Origin: Chrysomallon squamiferum
Taxonomy: Eukaryota; Animalia; Mollusca
Reading direction: 5' to 3'
Assembly: GCA_012295275.1 (NCBI GenBank)
Contig: CM022679.1
Coordinates: forward strand, 13,020,001 to 13,084,000
Length of the DNA stretch: 64,000 nt
Position 1 is the stretch's first letter. Each line of letters begins with the position of its first letter. Below the pieces are notes generated by a model. It was not told where the DNA came from. It saw only the letters and a list, made by a program, of their open reading frames with translations, and did no database searches. Both the position numbers and the translations under genes were made by a program. Shown in pieces: positions 23,801 through 64,000 of the stretch.

Positions 23801-26800
23801 GAAAGACAGCAGCTGCTGAGTGTAGATGCACTGGTCAGCTTTCTCAGAACTGACACTTTGTGTAACCAGTTCAGGCTGTCAGCTTGATATTGGAAATAGT
23901 GTACTCTATACAACTCATCCTTTACAGGAAACAGAAAACATTTTTATCAAGTTTATTGCCACACAGGTTTTTACCAATCTGTGTCAGACATTTCTAAACA
24001 CATGATACAGTTCATTTTTATAGTATCATGTTGATTACAAAACAGACTAAAATTCATACATATAAATAGATGGATGGATGGACACACTGATGGAAAGATT
24101 AAGGAAAACCTAATAAAACTGGACTCTAACACTAAGTTATATTCTCCTTCTTAATAATTAATTTCGTTTTAAATTTATCTGTTACATAATCATAAAACAT
24201 GTACCATACACAACAAAAATCATTAACTGATTTAAGAGAGGCAAACGTTTAATGGTTTAAATACTATTTTTACAGGAGGAAGTGATTAAGCAATGAACTT
24301 GTTAAAAATTCTTCTTCTCAACTTACATCTGTTCTACTGACAAGAACAAGACACAATTCATTTTTTTGTTTAAAGCTCTGACACCATTCAATGTTCTCTT
24401 TGTCGTCAAGCTTTTCCTCACTTGATGATCCTTTAATTTTACTGAAGAAATCCACTTTTCCATTTCCACACACAACTACAGGTTCAAATCCTTCTTCTGA
24501 CAGTATACAATATATTTCTGATTTAACCTAAAACGAAGATTATGATAAAAAAAAAAGAAGAAGAAAGAAACAAATAAATAAAGAAACAAACAAACAAACA
24601 AGAAAGAAAAACAAAAAATTAAATATAAAAATTTGAAGTGAATAAATTATTTTAACTTGGGGTAAAAAAATATCTGGTCTATTATAGTTTATATCTTATG
24701 AGAAAAATAACATAGAAGTTTATCTAGTGTATGGTTTATTAATCTTTACATTAAATGATGCATGGATAATATAAAATATGTTATTAATTCATATTTATAA
24801 TTTAAATTAGGAATTTGTGACATGCAGATTTTCCTTTTTAGCATACACAGACATTATAATTAGAAATGTAAACTATGTACAATATTTTTTTTACACTTAT
24901 CATTCATTATATTTATGTACTTACATGCTTTTTGTGTGCTTTTTCAAAGTTTTTTTCCTCATTTGTCCAAATTTTTATAATCTGAAATAAAAGGAATGAA
25001 TAAACTACAATTCAGTATATTTTTGGTTACATTTTTTATCAGTTAAGATGTAGATAACAATTTTGCTTGTTAATATCATTATCAAAGTTCATTTGCTATT
25101 ATTAGACTTCATTTAAAACCAAGACTAAAAACATAACAATTAAAAGAAACTTTGATCTAAAAATAAAATGCATAAAGTGAAGAACAAAGTGATTATTTAA
25201 TGCTGGAAAATAGTTTTATGGATTGAAAATTCTAGACTTGCCCATGTAAGCTTTGCCTGACAAAGGCCAGTTATATTCAAACTTAAGTGATAAGGAGAAA
25301 TAAACCTATAAATACATAGACATAAATGGAGGTGATGATCTTATGATTCCAGTTGTGAATGAGTGTTCAAATATTTTTAAAATGTAATGTTATTTCATTA
25401 TCATATTTTTTTTTTTTTTAATTTTGTATTATGACAGGTTGGTACAAACATGTAAAAAGAATTTATACATACATACATACATATTTACACACAGACGAGA
25501 CAGGGTGGTACAAACTCTAAAATAATGATCACATAATGAAAATAATGGAGGTAAAAAGAATTTACACATACATACATACATATTTACACACAGACAGACA
25601 GGGTGGGACAAACTCTAAAATAATGATCACATAATGAAAATAATGGATGGAAAAAGAATTTTTATAGACCATTTAGTTATTCAACCCACCACAGGCATAC
25701 TTTAACTAATTATGTTCTGTAGTTTTTTGCTACAATCCTGATAAATTCTTCATGCTGCAAGAAACATGGAACAAAGATGTTTAAAAATATATAGCTAACC
25801 TGTTTATTGACAACAGTAAATAACTGTTGGCGCTGTCCATTCCAGACTGCTGGACACGAAATTCTGGAAGTATGACTGACAGACCAACTCTGAAGCAATT
25901 TCTGGTCAGATATCTAAAATACACAGAAAAATATGTTGCTAAAACTGATTGGTGAGCAAGTATGGAAAAGAAAGAGATATATTCCAGAATATAAATTATA
26001 ATTTAAAATCAGCAATATCAAAATTAATATCAATTAATGTGAATACTTCTGTGATCAAGGTTTTCAAAGAGCCATCAGTACAAAACCAGATACTGATCTT
26101 GATTTGTTAGCCTACAGAGTCTACACACTCATTCTTATTGTCAGAAAAATCAGAAGTAATCTGAAACAACTTCCAAACAAATTCAGTGACATCACACTAG
26201 ATAAGGTAATTACATGATTTGCGTTGTTTTTATTGATCAGTTTGATTGCACAATCTCAAATGATCAGAATAAGTCTGTTTACTTAATAATTATTAATTGG
26301 ATTAGTATACAAAGAAAATCCATTCACAACCGGGATTATTTTTTTGTTGGCAACTTTATAACAGTGGCTATTTTTTTTTTACTTTTCAATATAATAATAA
26401 TAATTAAATTATTGGATATATTAAAGTTTTATGTAATGTATATATTTTACAAACAAGCTGTAATTTCAGATTTATATTTCAAATTTATTCATTTTCTACA
26501 TGACACTTTCATGATGTTGTTTTATAAATATATAAATGGCTTTCATACATCAGGCTTCAGTAATTTATGTTTGTTGATTGTTGCATGTAATAATAACTGT
26601 AATATTTGTAGTAATACTAATAGGTATGTGTATTTCTGCCGGAACTGCGTCCGCCATTTTCTGCCAAATCCGTGTGATCGGGATTTCCCCCGATGGCGAG
26701 TGGTGTCTCTGCGTAAATCGCTTCTCGTTACTCAGGGGTTGGGAGTTTCGGTTATCCCTGATGGTATAATTAGCGGGAAATTCCCGTATACTCACTCGTT

Positions 26801-28224
26801 TTCGAATTTTTCAATTCGGTCAATTGGTTCGTTTCGGAGGAGAGTTCGAAAATTTGTTTCGTATTCAACACGTTAAAATCGGTCGTTTTCGATATCGGAG
26901 GATAATCTAAGATAGATGGAGGCGAAGAACAATATTTAATTTTATTATATGTGAATTTATATTGAAATCTGACACAGCTGAAAAAAACTGCACACGCCGG
27001 ACAGAGGAGCTGTAACATCGAAATGGCTTCAAAATCAAACATGGCGGATGAAAAATTTAGTGAAACTGAAGTGATTTCTACCCTCGATTTTTAATAGCTT
27101 GCATTTTTTAATAGCTTGATTTGAAGAGGACTAGTTACCATCTATCTTCAGTCCAAATTTCACTAATAAAATTTCATTATTAAGAAAGTTACATGCATTT
27201 TAGTGAAAAAAACAATAGTTTGGTCATATTGTAATGCAAATGGCGGAAATTTAAATAATAGGACAATTAATTAGTGTTAATTGAAAACGTTAAAATGCTG
27301 TAACTTCCTTAATACTCAACAGAATCACATGATGTTTGTTGTCTTTTATAGGGTTTTTAGAGTTCTTTTCAGCAATGTTATTTATGTTGAAGTTGGTAGT
27401 GTTGAAGTTGGTAGAATTTTTTGTCCACATAAATTATTGTTTGTTAGGTTGCTGGTACCTTAATTAATAACTTCTTTTTAATTTTTACAAATATAATCGA
27501 TAGCAGAGATTGGCATTGGTCTTCACTGAAAATTTCATCAAGAAAGCTTGCTTATTAACAAAGATAGAGGGGAAAATGTTAAAATATTACTATTTTTGGT
27601 CACAAACCTCTAATGACTTATATAGCGTTTAATCGGAAGAAAAAAATTGCTTTTCAGGGGGGTTAAAATTGCTGCTACTTCCTTAATTTTTTACATATTC
27701 ACTTGATCTTGGTATCATTTTAAAGTGGTTTACAAACTCTACCCAACTGTCTTATTTATTTTCAGATTAGTGGGGTTTGAAAAATTTATCCACATACCTA
27801 ATACTAATAAAGTAATAGTTTTATAGTAATAGTTTTATAGTAATAGTTACTAATAGTAATACATAGTTTATTAGTTATATTATAATTTTTAGAGGCCTTT
27901 ATTTATTTTTAAATCAACGTTTACAAAATTTATTATTTAATAATAATGATAACTGTAACCGTCAACAGTAGGTATCACTGTCAGTTATGAATATTATTAT
28001 ATATTTACTAATTTTGCACGTGCCGTGGAACAAACTTTCAAAGTAGCATCTTAAAAATAATAATAAAATAAACGACTGAATTAACAAATCACCTTATACG
28101 ATCTAATGAAACCAGTTTTACATGTTACAAGCACACAATCATCTACGTCGCTTCGTTCAACACCCAAAAGAGAACTTTTTGGTGGCAAATTAGTCAAAAC
28201 AAAACCGTCTGTGAGCGCTGCCAT
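18124..28224 (-). CDS. NOL11: Nucleolar protein 11 (~657 aa, 15 exons)
   Basis: Exons 28224-28093, 25913-25800, 24981-24925, 24527-24327, 23919-23769, 23463-23308, 22857-22775, 21985-21797, 21563-21498, 21141-20954, 20632-20507, 20093-19980, 19611-19533, 19149-19063 and 18354-18124 join in frame. The N-terminus MAAL...LLGVERSD...YK|ISDQKLLQSWSV...ISCPAV and the C-terminus IDWISLLLD...YCIEVL match recalled NOL11. AATAAA (minus strand) at 18107-18102. Confidence 0.9.
19612..19979 (-). other. U12-type (minor spliceosome) GT-AG intron in NOL11
   Basis: 5' site GTATCCTT at 19979-19972. Branch-like TTCTCTTAAT at 19628-19619 sits just before the TAG acceptor, with no polypyrimidine tract. Flanking exons join in frame (AHLI|NRVLSLPYND). 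Confidence 0.85.
22030..22141. repeat. ~49-bp tandem repeat, about 2.3 copies, in a NOL11 intron
   Basis: aaataaaataagaatataaacaaaagtaatttaaaccagg is repeated with few differences. Confidence 0.8.
25433..25660. repeat. ~100-bp tandem duplication, about 2.2 copies, in NOL11 intron 2
   Basis: gtaaaaagaattt...catatttacacacagac...acaaactctaaaataatgatcacataatgaaaataatgga occurs twice, nearly identically. Confidence 0.9.
26623..27798. mobile_element. Non-autonomous DNA transposon (Mutator/MULE-like) in NOL11 intron 1
   Basis: Termini GGTATGTG...CACATACC form an inverted repeat. Perfect direct repeat TAATACTAATA at 26612-26622 and 27799-27809 (TSD of 9-11 bp depending on boundary). CpG-rich interior with no transposase ORF. 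Confidence 0.8.
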
Positions 28225-28859
28225 TATATTTCGATTTTTTCCTAAATTCCACCTGCAGAAATAGACGCATCTTCATCTCCGTTAATAAAATGCCTTCTAA
28301 TTACGACTGTTGTGGGTATTTAAATGTAATTATAAGCAAATATACAACTTTTGCGACTTAATGTACAACGATGATTAAATAAGCTTGTAGTAAAACTGAG
28401 GCAAGTGCAATCTGCGACGGTTTGCCCACAGTTGTAATTTAATACTTATCACAATATAATATGAATTATTGAATATCACGTTGGTTTTTTTTTCGTTGTT
28501 TTTTTTTTTTTTTTTAATCTCATTATAAACATTTCACAAGCCCAATAAATTTTTAAATTTTAAAAATAAAATAAAATAAGTAAATAAGTAAATAAATACA
28601 TACATACATAAATACCTTTAATATTTGTTGTTGATAAGTATCGTTTTTCCTGAACACGTTTGGAAAATCTATTTTTAAATCCACGGATTTCCCATGTTTA
28701 TCCAATCGCGCTAAAGTAAATATTCTATGCGGTCCAGAGACCGAATCGAACAGCAATGGCGGAATCATAAAATAAAAAAATAAACTTTTTTTTAAATGTA
28801 TTACCTTTATTTTAAACATAACTGTGAAAACTATGGTTGCTTAAATACAATTTCATGTG
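28225..28859. promoter_or_regulatory. Bidirectional promoter region for NOL11 (-) and SMG1 (+)
   Basis: Divergent start codons are 635 bp apart. CpG-containing patches, CCAAT at ~28702 and YY1-like AATGGCGG at ~28754. Confidence 0.7.
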
Positions 28860-63479
<34,620 letters not shown>

Positions 63480-64000
63480 GTTTGTGTGAGACTTTTTCCA
63501 AATAAATGATAATCTGTCAGATTTACTTGAAACAAAATGTAATGTAAAACTTCAGCAGATATCATTAATTATTACACAAATTGTCTAGAATTCAGATTTG
63601 TTATTATTATTTGTACTATTTATGTTCTATTATTATTAGTAGTTGTACTAGTAGTAGTAACAGTAGCATATTGTAAGAAATACAATCTAACACTAGCAGT
63701 GCAAAACAAATTTCTCTGACTGGTCAGCGTTGCATCTGGTTACCCCAGGATTGGTTTTGGTTTGAAAACATTTTTTATACATAGTATATCTATCTATCTT
63801 GCTACTTTAGACTATATTATTATTATTATTGCTACTACTAAATAGTACTGCTGCTGCTGCTGGTCCTACTATTTACAATTATTGGTGTTTCTGTTTGTTT
63901 TTGATATTATTACTGTTATGCTTCTTTTTCTTCTTATTATTATTATGACTTTAAATGCTATTACATTGAGACCACTGAATGATAAAGTGTATGTGTATGA

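Noticed and set aside
26565-26795. MADAVPAE... as the NOL11 start
   Set aside because: It lies inside the inserted element and lacks a good donor; the MAAL... exon at 28224-28093 matches NOL11 and splices in frame.
26690-26855. tRNA or Pol III gene suggested by TGGCGAGTGG and GTTCGAAAAT
   Set aside because: The boxes are imperfect and too far apart, and no cloverleaf could be drawn.
26214-26876. 220-aa plus-strand ORF
   Set aside because: It straddles AT-rich intron and the transposon boundary at 26623, has an F/I/N-biased composition and shows no recognisable domain.

Overview
AT-rich, intron-dense animal genomic DNA, probably molluscan (inferred from composition and a recurrent SINE-like repeat). 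No prokaryotic features, CRISPR arrays, rRNA or convincing tRNA were seen. Four loci were reconstructed by hand from splice sites and reading frames. (1) A minus-strand tandem cluster of TEX33/CIMIP4-like genes at 1-13.3 kb, with two complete modules and a third running off the left edge; it has two homologous alternative last exons and duplicated CRE/X-box promoters. (2) Mitochondrial thioredoxin TXN2 (+). (3) NOL11 (-, 15 exons), with a U12-type intron and an intact MULE-like insertion in intron 1. (4) About 52 exons of the NMD kinase SMG1 (+), head-to-head with NOL11 and continuing past the window end. The most notable items are the phase-compatible modular TEX33-like array, duplicated splice sites in SMG1 that would create premature stops, a candidate alternative SMG1 first exon, and a 1-bp frameshift in SMG1 that is probably an assembly error. 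All gene identities rest on recalled protein motifs; no database searches were run.
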